From Clostridia bacterium (GTDB lineage: Bacteria > Bacillota > Clostridia > Christensenellales > CAG-138): DNA of 64,000 bases. Shown piece by piece: positions 36,553 to 46,036 of this stretch. The position numbers were made by a program, and so were the translations under genes. How positions within the stretch are numbered: position 1 is the first letter of the stretch; each line of letters begins with the position of its first letter. The stretch spans positions 29,609 through 93,608 of the forward strand of contig JAEDIC010000002.1 in assembly GCA_016292635.1 (NCBI GenBank), in the 5' to 3' direction. The notes beneath the pieces are model-generated. The model did no database searches, had not been told where the DNA came from, and saw only the letters and a program-made list of their open reading frames with translations.

Positions 36553-37728
36553 TTACTGATTTACGCCAACGTACTGAACACGCTTGTCGTAGGTAACCAC
36601 GTCAAGGCCTTCCCTCCACTCGGCGATCTTGGCTGTGTAAAGCTCATTCTGCAGCTCGCTGAGTATCATGGTCTTGATCTCTTCCTTTACCTCATCCAGA
36701 GCCACGGGCTCGGTGCTTACTTCACCATAGCGCTTGATGATGTGGATACCGTTGGCGCCTTCCACCATTCCGGAAACATCGCCTTCCTTGGTGAGCTCGG
36801 CTGCGGCCAGCTGGAAAGGCTCGTCATAGATGCCGGTAAAATCCGCACCGATGATATAACCCTCGGGATTGGATTCCATTCCCGGGTCTTCGTTGTATTC
36901 CTTGATAAGGGCCTCAAAGTCCTCTCCGGCGTTTACCTTGTCCATAACTTCCTTGGCAAGGGCCTCGTAATCACGCTCTGCATCCTCTTCGCCGGCAGTC
37001 TCAGCGTTCTTGATGAGGATATGTTTTACATAGTAAAGTCCTTCAGGCGCCTGGAGAGGACGAAGATTGCCATAGTAAGCATAGTAGGTGTTGTCGCTAT
37101 GATACTGGCTGGGATTTGCGGTATAGGTCTCGATATCGCTTGCCAGCTCCTCGTCATAGCGTGCCTGTATTTCCTCGTCTGTGGGCTCGGCAATGGTGGC
37201 GTACAGCTCATCCAGCAGCTTTTGACCAATGGCATTGTCAGTGTATTCCTTTTCCATTTCCGCAAGCAGGCCTTCATAGGTATAGCCGGCAGCTTTATAG
37301 GCGGCATCAAAATCCTTTATGGCCTCTGCCTTGCGCTCAGCCTCGTCTTCGATGGTGTCATCCATGTAGGTATCAAGATAACCTTCCATGTCGGCAACGG
37401 CGTCCGCCTTGACGGCCTCGGCCTCCTCAGCGGTAAGGGTGATGCCATTTGCCTTGGCCTGGGCCACGGGAACGGCGGAATCCACCAGCATATCCATAAT
37501 CATATCGCGGCCTTCCTGGGCGGTGATGGCGGTGCTGGTGTCAATGATTCCATACTGGGCATAGGTGCTGAAAGCATTGTAGAAGGTGGAATACTTGATC
37601 TCAACGTCCCCTACCTTGGCGACCACGGGATCGGTGATCACTGCGCTGCAGCCAACAAAAGCGGTCATGACCAGTATCAGAGTCATGGCTGCCGCAACAA
37701 GGCGAAGGGTACGGGTGTTCTTACGCAT
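36553..37728 (-). CDS. peptidylprolyl isomerase lipoprotein (PrsA/SurA-like)
   Basis: Lipobox AFVGC and a parvulin-type segment YYVKHILIKN...GDVSGMVEGANGIHIIKR. Confidence 0.8.
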   Translation of the reverse strand: MRKNTRTLRLVAAAMTLILVMTAFVGCSAVITDPVVAKVGDVEIKYSTFYNAFSTYAQYGIIDTSTAITAQEGRDMIMDMLVDSAVPVAQAKANGITLTAEEAEAVKADAVADMEGYLDTYMDDTIEDEAERKAEAIKDFDAAYKAAGYTYEGLLAEMEKEYTDNAIGQKLLDELYATIAEPTDEEIQARYDEELASDIETYTANPSQYHSDNTYYAYYGNLRPLQAPEGLYYVKHILIKNAETAGEEDAERDYEALAKEVMDKVNAGEDFEALIKEYNEDPGMESNPEGYIIGADFTGIYDEPFQLAAAELTKEGDVSGMVEGANGIHIIKRYGEVSTEPVALDEVKEEIKTMILSELQNELYTAKIAEWREGLDVVTYDKRVQYVGVNQ

Positions 37729-38011
37729 AATTTATCTCCTTACTGTGTGTTTATAACATGGACGGCGCAAAAGCATCGCTGCCCACATTAAACGGATTTT
37801 AACCTTATTTATTTTATCCTTTAGACCCCGCCCTGTCAACGAAAGAACCGGCTGTTTTAAAATTTGTACGGTTTTTGTCATGGTTTTTCCACGCTTTGGC
37901 GAATTTTACAAATCTTTCACCTGAAGCTTATTGATATTCCGGGGTACAAGAGTTATCTTTAAAGCATAATAATGCTATTATGTCGGCTTTGCCAGCATTT
38001 AAGGAGCAGCC

Positions 38012-38551
38012 ATGAGACATCTGCCAAACATACTTACATCTATCCGCATATTCATGGCGGGAGTATTCGCTTATTTTTTCATAAAACACGATTACTCTGC
38101 CTGCACCATATCCTTTGGCGTTTCTATGCTCACGGATATGCTTGACGGTGTGCTCGCCCGCACATACAACTGGGTGTCGGATCTTGGCAAAATACTGGAC
38201 CCCCTTGCCGACAAAATCACTCTTATGGTAATATCCATCTGCTTTTGCTCAGTGGGCTGGATTCCGGAATTTATGCTTATTGCGGTTATAATAAAGGAAG
38301 CCTTCATGCTTATCGGCGGTGTGATAATGCTTCGTTCAAACGCTGTAGCCCATGCCGATGTTTACGGCAAGGCCGCCACCGCCCTGTTCAGTATCAGCAT
38401 AGTAATGGCGCTGCTAAATGAAATGGATGTTTTGCCGCTGCTCACCTCCATAGGCAGCCTAAGCACGCTTGTATTTGGCCTTTCCGTAGTTTTCTCGTTC
38501 GTGGCCTTGGCACACTATGCCAGAACACAATTTGCAAAAAGAAAAGCATAG
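38012..38551 (+). CDS. pgsA: CDP-diacylglycerol--glycerol-3-phosphate 3-phosphatidyltransferase
   Basis: CDP-alcohol phosphatidyltransferase motif DMLDGVLARTYNWVSDLGKILDPLADK. Confidence 0.85.
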   Translation: MRHLPNILTSIRIFMAGVFAYFFIKHDYSACTISFGVSMLTDMLDGVLARTYNWVSDLGKILDPLADKITLMVISICFCSVGWIPEFMLIAVIIKEAFMLIGGVIMLRSNAVAHADVYGKAATALFSISIVMALLNEMDVLPLLTSIGSLSTLVFGLSVVFSFVALAHYARTQFAKRKA

Positions 38552-38682
38552 CCATAATGTTAACGCGCCGCCCGGTTCGGGCGGCATTTTTATTGCGCCC
38601 ACATCATGTCGTTGCTTTCTGCACATTTTCTCTTTTGCCGCAATACTATGGAGCAACAAAACTTTGGAGGATATAGCCTTAT

Positions 38683-39681
38683 ATGAAAAGATTTGTAGCG
38701 GCAGTACTGTGTCTGCTGATGGCGCTGTGCCTTTGCGCCTGCGGCGCCGAAAGCAGTGACCTTCGCACGGTAACACTAAACGAGGTTACACGTTCGGTAT
38801 TTTACGCTCCCCTGTACACCGCCTGTTCCATGGGCTTCTTTGAGGAGGAAGGCCTTGAGGTGGATATCGTTACCGGCGGCGGTAGCGACGCCAGTATGAC
38901 CGCCCTGCTTTCCGGCGAGGCAGACGTTGCGCTGATGGGCCCGGAAACCGGAATATATGTGGTAAATCAGGGTAAGGAAGACCATCCCATGATAGTTGCC
39001 CAGCTGACCAAGCGGGATGGATCCTTTTTGCTGGGGAGAGAGGCGGATAAAGGCTTTGACTTTGAAAAGCTCAGGGGGAAATCAGTGATCGGCGGACGCC
39101 CCGGCGGAATGCCATATATGACCCTGCTATATGTTCTGCGCAATCACGGCCTTGAGCCCGGCAAAGACGTTGAGGTTATCAGCAATATCCAATTCAACCT
39201 TATGGGCGGCGCCTTTGAAAGCGGCACGGGGGATTACGTTACCCTATTTGAACCCACAGCTTCCGCCTTTGAGGCAGAGGGAAAAGGCCATATCGTTACC
39301 AATATGGGCCTTGAAAGCGGCGAAGTGCCCTATACCACCTTTATGGTGCGCCAACAGACCATAGCCGATGAGCCCGAATTCGTAGAATCCTTTGTTCGGG
39401 CCATATACAGGGCGCAAAACTGGGTATGGGCCGCATCCGATGAGGAAGTTGCCGCTGCCATGCAGGACTACTTCCCGGATACCGACCTTGCTACCCTTGC
39501 CTCTGTTGCAAAAAGTTACCGAGCTACAGACTCCTGGACCAAGGTACCGACCATGACGGAAGACGCTTTCACCCGGCTTCAGGATATACTGGAGGGAGCC
39601 GGCGAGCTTTCTGCCCGGATCCAGCTCGACGAGCTGGTGGATAACAGCTTTGGCGAAAATGTTATGGCGGAAGCCAACTGA
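38683..39681 (+). CDS. ABC-type substrate-binding lipoprotein (NMT1/THI5/SsuA-like), no adjacent permease or ATPase
   Basis: Lipobox LCACG and an NMT1-like fold pattern (VTLNEVTRSVFYAPLY...). It is an orphan with respect to transporter partners in this window. Confidence 0.7.
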   Translation: MKRFVAAVLCLLMALCLCACGAESSDLRTVTLNEVTRSVFYAPLYTACSMGFFEEEGLEVDIVTGGGSDASMTALLSGEADVALMGPETGIYVVNQGKEDHPMIVAQLTKRDGSFLLGREADKGFDFEKLRGKSVIGGRPGGMPYMTLLYVLRNHGLEPGKDVEVISNIQFNLMGGAFESGTGDYVTLFEPTASAFEAEGKGHIVTNMGLESGEVPYTTFMVRQQTIADEPEFVESFVRAIYRAQNWVWAASDEEVAAAMQDYFPDTDLATLASVAKSYRATDSWTKVPTMTEDAFTRLQDILEGAGELSARIQLDELVDNSFGENVMAEAN

Positions 39682-39706
39682 CCGCCTAATTCGTTCCACG
39701 CCAAGC

Positions 39707-39733
39707 AGCCCTGCTACGCAGGGCTATTTTTTT
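39707..39733 (+). terminator. Rho-independent terminator
   Basis: AGCCCTG-CTACG-CAGGGCT followed by ATTTTTTT. Confidence 0.75.
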
Positions 39734-39828
39734 GTATGCCGGTCGGTTCGTTTACGCAAAGATAAGCAATACGCCCCATATTAAACTGCCATGATTTCCT
39801 TTTGCTTTTCCCGCCATCCGCTATGCTA

Positions 39829-40452
39829 TCAACTGCAGGCCTTCTCCGCCTCCGCCGCCTGATTGGCCCATGCAATGAAAGTCTTATGGTCTATGCCCAA
39901 GCATCTGCCCGCTTCCCTTGCGGATATCTCGTTATCCATCCACGCCCGCCTGAACATTTCAAACGCGGGAGGCTTGGACATGGGAGGCCGCCCGAAGCGA
40001 ACGCCCTTCGCTCTGGCGGCGGCTATTCCCTCCGCCTGGCGCTGCCGCATAAACTCGCGCTCCGTCTCCGCAACATAGCTGAGTATCTGCAGCACCAGAT
40101 CCGCAATAAATGTTCCGGTAAGATCTTTATCCTTCTGACGTGTATCCAGCAGAGGCATATCCAGCACCACTATGGCTGCGCCCCGTATTTTGGTTATCAT
40201 TCGCCATTGTTCGATTATTTCCTCATAATTTCTGCCAAGCCTGTCTATGCTCTTTATAACCAGAACGTCTCCCGGCTTCAGCAGCCTTGACAGCCGCTTA
40301 TATGACGGGCGGTTAAAATCCTTGCCGGATTGCTTGTCCATAAATATATTCCTGTCGTTTACGCCAAATTCTTTCATGGCGATATACTGTCTGTCCTCGT
40401 TTTGCTCCTTTGTGGATACTCTGATATAACCGTATACGTTTCCTGTTGTCAT
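39829..40452 (-). CDS. small serine recombinase (resolvase/invertase family)
   Basis: Catalytic N-terminus VYGYIRVSTKEQNEDRQ, the DRLGRN motif and a C-terminal HTH. The ATG at 40452 follows GGAGG (208 aa). Confidence 0.9.
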   Translation of the reverse strand: MTTGNVYGYIRVSTKEQNEDRQYIAMKEFGVNDRNIFMDKQSGKDFNRPSYKRLSRLLKPGDVLVIKSIDRLGRNYEEIIEQWRMITKIRGAAIVVLDMPLLDTRQKDKDLTGTFIADLVLQILSYVAETEREFMRQRQAEGIAAARAKGVRFGRPPMSKPPAFEMFRRAWMDNEISAREAGRCLGIDHKTFIAWANQAAEAEKACS

Positions 40453-40770
40453 TACTCTGTTCCTCCGTAAGTATTTCTCCATTGATGTAAATAATGGGCG
40501 GGATAGCAAGGCAGCTCTTTGCTGTATGGAATAAAAATAAGCAGAACAATTATAATTCATTGACTTGCTTACAGGAATCCCATTTTATCAGAAAAACAAA
40601 ACACCGCCTGTCTTTTACGGCGGCACGGCGCTCTGGCTGCAAAAGCCCAGTTCAGTACAAGACCGAACTGGGCTTCACCTAACTATTCTTTTTTCTCTGT
40701 CTCTTTCCCTTGACAGGTTCACCCGTCTTTTACGACAGGCGGCTCTTTATCCGCTCTATCAAGCGAAATA

Positions 40771-41376
40771 TTATACTTTATTTTTCTTGAATACAGGCGC
40801 CTCCTGCCCCTGCGTCAGCCTTACGATATTCTCCTTGTGGCGATATACAACTATGGCAAACAGTATGGCGACGGCAATCTTTTCCCATGGAGAGCTTCCT
40901 GCCACCAGCGCCGCAATAAGATATACGGTGAACCCGATAAGGGACGCGGGGGATATCATGCGGGTAACGACCGCCACGGCTATACCAGAAACCGCCGCCA
41001 GCAACCCCCATAGAGGATTCAGCAGCACTGCCGCCCCCAACGATGACGCCACGCCCTTGCCCCCGCGAAACCTGAAAAGCACGGGCCAGCAATGACCTAT
41101 AACAACGCCGATAGCCGCTCCATATGCGGCGTTCTGACCGCCCATAGCCCTGCCTATAAGCACCGCCGCGGCGCCCTTTATGAAATCTCCTATAAAAGTG
41201 AGTATGCCGGCCTTTATGCCGTATACCCGCAGCATATTGGTACTTCCTGCGTTTCCGCTGCCATGGTGACGCACATCGTCATGATGTATCAAATGGCTGA
41301 ATATAACCGCAAACTGTATATTGCCTATAAGATAGCCCGCTATTGCCGCCCAGCAGCAAATGAGAAATTGATCCAT
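40771..41376 (-). CDS. plsY: glycerol-3-phosphate acyltransferase PlsY
   Basis: HGSGNAGSTNMLR and FRGGKGVA motifs. The M at 41376 follows AAGGGAGG. Confidence 0.9.
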   Translation of the reverse strand: MDQFLICCWAAIAGYLIGNIQFAVIFSHLIHHDDVRHHGSGNAGSTNMLRVYGIKAGILTFIGDFIKGAAAVLIGRAMGGQNAAYGAAIGVVIGHCWPVLFRFRGGKGVASSLGAAVLLNPLWGLLAAVSGIAVAVVTRMISPASLIGFTVYLIAALVAGSSPWEKIAVAILFAIVVYRHKENIVRLTQGQEAPVFKKNKV

Positions 41377-41472
41377 CCATCCTCCCTTTCGTGTTTCTCT
41401 TGTAAAAAGTGCCTGCACGGTGTGCGCAGGCACTTTTATGGTATGATTTAAGCTGTTTCGCAGGAGAGGATA

Positions 41473-41874
41473 TTATTCCTCATCTTCTTCCATAACGGGT
41501 ACCAAAACAGCGTTGCAGTTAGGGCAGAGAAGCTCCTCGCCGCACTCCAGCATAGCCTCGTCAAAGTAGATGGCCTCGCCGCACTCGGGGCACTCCAGCT
41601 CAACGTAATCGTCCTCGTCAAACTCGTCGTCCTCGTCATCATCGTCATCAAAGTCGCCTTCGAGATAATCGTCGATGTCATCCAGCTCGTCGTAAATGTC
41701 ATCCAGACACTCGTCGATCTCAGCCATGGCGGCCTCGTTCTCGTCGATCGCGCCAGCCATTTCGTCCATAGTGGCTATAATGGCGTTCAGCAGCTTGCCC
41801 TGACCCTCGTCGCCGATGTTCATGCCCTCTGCAAGACCCCTCAGGTATGCAACTTTTTCTTTCATGTAACCCAT
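41473..41874 (-). CDS. highly acidic zinc-ribbon protein (CD1247 N-terminal-domain-like)
   Basis: 133 aa with a long D/E tract (DFDDDDDEDDEFDEDD) followed by CPECG...CPNC. Confidence 0.6.
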   Translation of the reverse strand: MGYMKEKVAYLRGLAEGMNIGDEGQGKLLNAIIATMDEMAGAIDENEAAMAEIDECLDDIYDELDDIDDYLEGDFDDDDDEDDEFDEDDYVELECPECGEAIYFDEAMLECGEELLCPNCNAVLVPVMEEDEE

Positions 41875-41906
41875 AGTAGACCTCCTTACTTTTCTGTTAG
41901 GCTTTA

Positions 41907-42464
41907 CTATACGCGCTCCATATATTCGCCGGTACGGGTATCGATGCGAACCTTATCGCCCTCGTTTACAAAGAGGGGAACAGTTATCTTAAGACCGGTT
42001 TCCAGAGTTGCAGGCTTGTTTGCGCCGGTGGCGGTGTCGCCGCGAACGCCAGGCTCGCACTCGGTAATGGTCAGGGTAACGAAGTTGGCGGGCTGTACTG
42101 AGAAAGGATTGCCCTTGTAGAAACGTACGGTCACGTTGTCGTTTTCGATTATGTAGTTGATGGCATCCTCAACCTGAGCATAGTTCAGGGGCAGCTGCTC
42201 ATAGGTCTCGGTGTCCATGAAGTAGTACAGTTCGCCGTCATTGTAAAGATACTGCATTTCCTTGGTCTCGATGTGAGCCTTGGGATATTTATCGGTGGGG
42301 CTGAAGGTGCGCTCCAGCACGGCGCCGGTCATAACGTTTTTAAGACGGGTGCGCACGAAAGCGGCGCCCTTGCCGGGCTTAACATGCTGAAAGTCAGCAA
42401 TGGACCAAACCTGCCCGTCAATCTCCACAGTAACGCCCTTCCTAAAATCGCCAGCCATGATCAT
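41907..42464 (-). CDS. efp: elongation factor P
   Basis: [18 protein letters not shown]. 185 aa. Confidence 0.95.
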   Translation of the reverse strand: MIMAGDFRKGVTVEIDGQVWSIADFQHVKPGKGAAFVRTRLKNVMTGAVLERTFSPTDKYPKAHIETKEMQYLYNDGELYYFMDTETYEQLPLNYAQVEDAINYIIENDNVTVRFYKGNPFSVQPANFVTLTITECEPGVRGDTATGANKPATLETGLKITVPLFVNEGDKVRIDTRTGEYMERV

Positions 42465-42580
42465 AAGGATTTACCTCCAAAGTAAATTAGTAAATATTTT
42501 TTCGTTTATCCTATCCACACTTTTATCCGTCAGGTATAATGTGGAGATTATAACCATTTTGTATTTTACCACATATCAGC

Positions 42581-43450
42581 CTATTTCAACAAGCTGTTTA
42601 TGGCGGAAAAATACATATCCTTCATACTTTTTGCATCTTCCGCCATGGTGCCCTTGGATTCACAGATGAAAACCGGCTCGTATCCCCGCTCAGCCACCAG
42701 TTCCGCAAGGGGCATGAATTCCGGGCCGTACTGCACATCCGCAAAGGTGTGGTGCATCTTTTCCCCGCCCTTTGTGTACTCTATGCGGGAAAAATGCACA
42801 TGCATGGTCCTTGTCCGCTCCGTGCCTATGCCGTTTTCCAGCCTGTCCAGTATATCCGCATAGTCCTGCTTTGTGTTTATGGCGCCAAGGCCCCGGCAGT
42901 GGAGATGACCGAAATCTATGGCGGGCCATATACGCTCGTCCACATTGCACAGCTCAATGACCTCATCCAGGCTTCCTAGCTGGTTTATTTTGCCCATTGT
43001 CTCAGCGCAAAGGGTCACGTTCATAAGATTCATATCGTCCAATACGGCGATAATCTCCTTAAAGAATCCCTTTGCCCGCTCAAGTATGGCTCCCCTGTCG
43101 CCGCCGCTGGCGGAACCGGGATGAAACACGGCCCGCTTTGCGCCCAGCGCCTCCGCCACCTTCAGGGAATCCACAAAATAGCCTGTGTTTTTTACCTTTT
43201 TCTCATCCTCTTCCGTGGCAAGGTTGATAAAATACGGCATATGAACGCTGAGCTGTATGCCATATTTCTCCGCCTCGGCCCTGATGGCCTTCGCTCCCTC
43301 CGTACCAAGGCGTATACCCCTGCCGAAGGAGTATTCAAATGCGTCCAATTCTCTTTCATGGAGCCATTTCGGCATATCCACGCTTGCGGAGAAGCCCTCC
43401 TGATAGAAGCTGTCGCTGTTGCCCGCAGGGCCGAATTTTATGTTCAGCAC
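42581..43450 (-). CDS. AP endonuclease family 2 / endonuclease IV-like TIM-barrel protein
   Basis: HMPYFINLA, FHPGS, CAETMG and HVHFS blocks parallel the Nfo metal-binding motifs. Confidence 0.7.
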   Translation of the reverse strand: MLNIKFGPAGNSDSFYQEGFSASVDMPKWLHERELDAFEYSFGRGIRLGTEGAKAIRAEAEKYGIQLSVHMPYFINLATEEDEKKVKNTGYFVDSLKVAEALGAKRAVFHPGSASGGDRGAILERAKGFFKEIIAVLDDMNLMNVTLCAETMGKINQLGSLDEVIELCNVDERIWPAIDFGHLHCRGLGAINTKQDYADILDRLENGIGTERTRTMHVHFSRIEYTKGGEKMHHTFADVQYGPEFMPLAELVAERGYEPVFICESKGTMAEDAKSMKDMYFSAINSLLK

Positions 43451-43484
43451 ATTTACCTCCGTATATGAATATAAGTTGATTTAT

Positions 43485-44174
43485 TTATGTATCCGCAAGC
43501 TCCCTATTGAGCTTGCCCAGTGCCTTTTTCTCTATGCGGGATACATAGCTTCTGGATATTCCAAGCAGCTTTGCCACCTCCCGCTGGGGCGCGGGCCGCC
43601 CGCCGCACAGGCCGTAGCGCAATTCTATCACCTTCCGCTCCCGCTTTGTAAGGACTCGCTCCATGGCGCTGCGCAAGTATTCCCCCGCCACGTTCAGCTC
43701 AACGGCGTTATGTACCTCATCCCCATCCGAGCCCAATACCTCCGAAAGGGATATCTCGTTTCCGTCCTTATCCATCCCTATGGGGTCGGACAGGGATACT
43801 TCCCCCGCCTGCTTCTTTTCCGCCCTGAGGGACATGAGTATCTCGTTTTCTATGCAGCGGGCGGCATATGTGGCAAGAGTGTTCCCCTTCTGTGCGTTAA
43901 ATGTGGATACTGCCTTTATAAGCCCCACTACCCCTATGGAGATAACGTCGTCCGCATCCCGCCGGGAGGTGGTATACTTCTTTGCGATATGAGCCACAAG
44001 GCGCAGGTTGTGCTCAATCAGCAACCGCCGGGCCTCAGCGTCCCCCGCTCCAAGGCGGGCAAGACAGTCCCGCTCTTCTTCGGGCGAAAGGGGCTCCGGA
44101 AAAGACCCATTGCCTCCTATATGTCCAGCAAAGGCAAATATACTGCCGAGAAGTTCAAATATTGCCTCCAGCAT
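43485..44174 (-). CDS. sigK: sporulation sigma factor SigK (pro-sigma-K), uninterrupted
   Basis: Pro-sequence followed by SFPEPLSPEEE, then IEHNLRLVAHIAKKY (region 2) and ISRSYVSRIEKKAL (region 4.2). Confidence 0.8.
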   Translation of the reverse strand: MLEAIFELLGSIFAFAGHIGGNGSFPEPLSPEEERDCLARLGAGDAEARRLLIEHNLRLVAHIAKKYTTSRRDADDVISIGVVGLIKAVSTFNAQKGNTLATYAARCIENEILMSLRAEKKQAGEVSLSDPIGMDKDGNEISLSEVLGSDGDEVHNAVELNVAGEYLRSAMERVLTKRERKVIELRYGLCGGRPAPQREVAKLLGISRSYVSRIEKKALGKLNRELADT

Positions 44175-44345
44175 AGCGCCGGTACACCTCCTGTGGTTAT
44201 TTCCGTTGGTGTATCAGCATATGCGGCAATTTGGCGAAAAATGCCGAAGTGCAGCCCCTGCCATCTTCCTTAAAATAATATACCCCACTTGGCCTCAACG
44301 GTCAAAAAGCCGGCAAAAACGGGCGTTTGCCGTTTCCTGGTTTCG

Positions 44346-44867
44346 CTATGTTTTTATTCTTTCGCAGGATGCTTCTATCGCCCTTTTCAACGCCGGCAGC
44401 AATACCAGCACCGCAGCAAAGTTGCCGGCACAGTGTATAAGGTCAAAGGGTATGCCGCTTATCCAGTATGAAAACGCCGCCGTCCATCCCCCCGCAAAGA
44501 GATAGGGGATGGAGCACAGCGCCCCAAAGCACAACCCGAATACCGCTGCGGCAATTGCCCAGAACAGCCTGCTTTCCGTACCTTTAAACAACATGGTTAT
44601 GCATACCAGCAACGGCCATATGTAAAGATATGATATCCACCATATGCCAAAGCCGTATATCAGCCCCTCCAGCATAACGTATACAGCCACAGCGTACATC
44701 ATTCGCCATCCAAAATACAGCGTTCCCGCTATTATGAACACCGCAACGGGATGTATATTTGGCAGGGCCATCATGGCGGCCTTGAGGGCGAACATCAGCG
44801 CCCCCAGCATTGCCAGCACCGCCATCTCCCTGGCGGAAAGCCTGTTACCAGTCATAGCCGGTGACAA
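44346..44867 (-). CDS. small polytopic membrane protein (ECF S-component-like), downstream of DUF4430
   Basis: 173 aa with ~6 TM helices. It overlaps the stop of the DUF4430 gene and sits under a cobalamin riboswitch. Confidence 0.5.
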   Translation of the reverse strand: MSPAMTGNRLSAREMAVLAMLGALMFALKAAMMALPNIHPVAVFIIAGTLYFGWRMMYAVAVYVMLEGLIYGFGIWWISYLYIWPLLVCITMLFKGTESRLFWAIAAAVFGLCFGALCSIPYLFAGGWTAAFSYWISGIPFDLIHCAGNFAAVLVLLPALKRAIEASCERIKT

Positions 44868-45246
44868 GGGTTATCTCGTATTTGTCCCCATCGCTTATCA
44901 TGGTGTCGTCAACGCCGGTCATAAGCATCTCGCCGTCCATGGTAAAGCACCACCACTCCTCAATGGAACTGTCCGCTTCCTCACCGTCAACAACCGTAAC
45001 AAACATGGTTCCGCTGCTGTCGTCGCCGTCAATAAGCTCTTCCTGTTCCAGTACGCCCCTAAGGTTTTCACTGTCTGTGGCAATATAGAACTCTGCCTCG
45101 CTGCCGTCCCCGTGTATCACCAAAACGGTTATGCTCTTATTCCCATTCTCCGCCTTTGGGCCGAATGCGGCATAACAGGCGATAAACGCCGCTATAAGCA
45201 GTACTGCGATGACTATCGCAATGATGGTTCTCTTTGTGTTTTTCAT
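44845..45246 (-). CDS. DUF4430 domain protein (membrane-anchored/secreted)
   Basis: N-terminal anchor TIIAIVIAVLLIAAFIA. DUF4430-like C-terminal pattern WWCFTMDGEMLMTGVDDTMISDGDKYEITL. The ATG is at 45246. Confidence 0.65.
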   Translation of the reverse strand: MKNTKRTIIAIVIAVLLIAAFIACYAAFGPKAENGNKSITVLVIHGDGSEAEFYIATDSENLRGVLEQEELIDGDDSSGTMFVTVVDGEEADSSIEEWWCFTMDGEMLMTGVDDTMISDGDKYEITLVTGYDW

Positions 45247-45291
45247 TAAAAATCTCTCCTTTTCTTTTTTCGCACAACTTTGCCATGCAAA

Positions 45292-45452
45292 GAAAAAGAG
45301 AGACCGGGCAGATATTTCTGCCATGATAATACAAATCGGCCGGGGTTCCGCAGCTCTTTGCATGGCTCCTTGGGCAGGTATTCTGACTTTGCGGGATGTA
45401 TCCCGGCTTCACAGTGACGGCCTCGCGGAAGAATCTCACTTCCATTCCCCTG
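45292..45452 (-). promoter_or_regulatory. cobalamin riboswitch
   Basis: The minus-strand RNA reads GGGGAAUGGAAGUGAGAUUCUUCC...GCCGUCACUGUGAAGCC...AAGUCAGAAUACCUGCCC, which includes a B12-box-like element. It is followed by the terminator GGCAGAAAUAUCUGCC plus a U-rich run. Confidence 0.75.
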
Positions 45453-45538
45453 TTGACCGCCGAAAAACGGCGGAACCCAAAGATGTGTTATTCGGTTGTG
45501 GTCATATCAATGATACAGCTTTTTTTCGTCCCGGTCAA

Positions 45539-46036
45539 TCACTCATGCTGGCCAAAAAGCTGAGCCGACCTTTTTTTGATAGCCCGATACAGCATAATGC
45601 CCAGCACTCCCGCTGAAAGTATCTCCCCCACCCCAACGGTAATCGCCATATACCATATTGCATCCGGCATACCGTAGCCATAGCGCAGCACAAAGGGCAC
45701 GGCTATGGTATTTGCAAGTATTGGCGAAAATGTGGCAAGAACGGGTTTGTTTCGAAGCGCCCTCGTTCCCAGCGCACCGATAAGGGTTGCAAGGCTGCCT
45801 ACCATCACATCCAACACTATGCATCCTGTAAGGACGTTTGCAAGCATACAGCCTATTGCAAGGCCGGGAACCGCCGCGGGGGTGAACACAGGCAGTATGC
45901 AGAGGGCTTCGCTGAGCCTAAGCTGAATGACACCGGAAGACAGGCCAAGCTGGGCCGCAAGGAATGTCAGCGCCACATACAGCGCGGCTATTGCCCCGCC
46001 CTGTATAAGGCCGCGTACAGAGTAACGGTCTTTCAT
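45539..46036 (-). CDS. queT: queuosine precursor transporter QueT (ECF S component)
   Basis: The sequence LIQGGAIAALYVALTF...IQLRLSEALCILPVFTPAAVPGLAIGCMLANV is typical of QueT. The ATG at 46036 follows AAGGAG. Confidence 0.8.
   Translation of the reverse strand: MKDRYSVRGLIQGGAIAALYVALTFLAAQLGLSSGVIQLRLSEALCILPVFTPAAVPGLAIGCMLANVLTGCIVLDVMVGSLATLIGALGTRALRNKPVLATFSPILANTIAVPFVLRYGYGMPDAIWYMAITVGVGEILSAGVLGIMLYRAIKKRSAQLFGQHE

Noticed and set aside
40565-41095. 176-aa plus-strand ORF downstream of a TTGACT-17-TTTTAT promoter-like sequence near the recombinase.
   Set aside because: It lies antisense to plsY, which has clear PlsY motifs. The translation is low-complexity. It is not a gene.
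43485-44174. Checked sigK for a skin-like intervening element or split gene.
   Set aside because: The ORF is continuous from the pro-sequence through region 4.2 (229 aa). The nearby serine recombinase (39829-40452) is 3 kb away and is of the small type, not a SpoIVCA-like large recombinase.
45354-45374. 14-nt identity (CTTTGCATGGCTCC) between the cobalamin riboswitch region and the multi-hairpin repeat.
   Set aside because: The match does not extend, and the flanking sequence folds as a riboswitch. This is most likely chance or a shared short GC-rich stem, not a fourth repeat copy.
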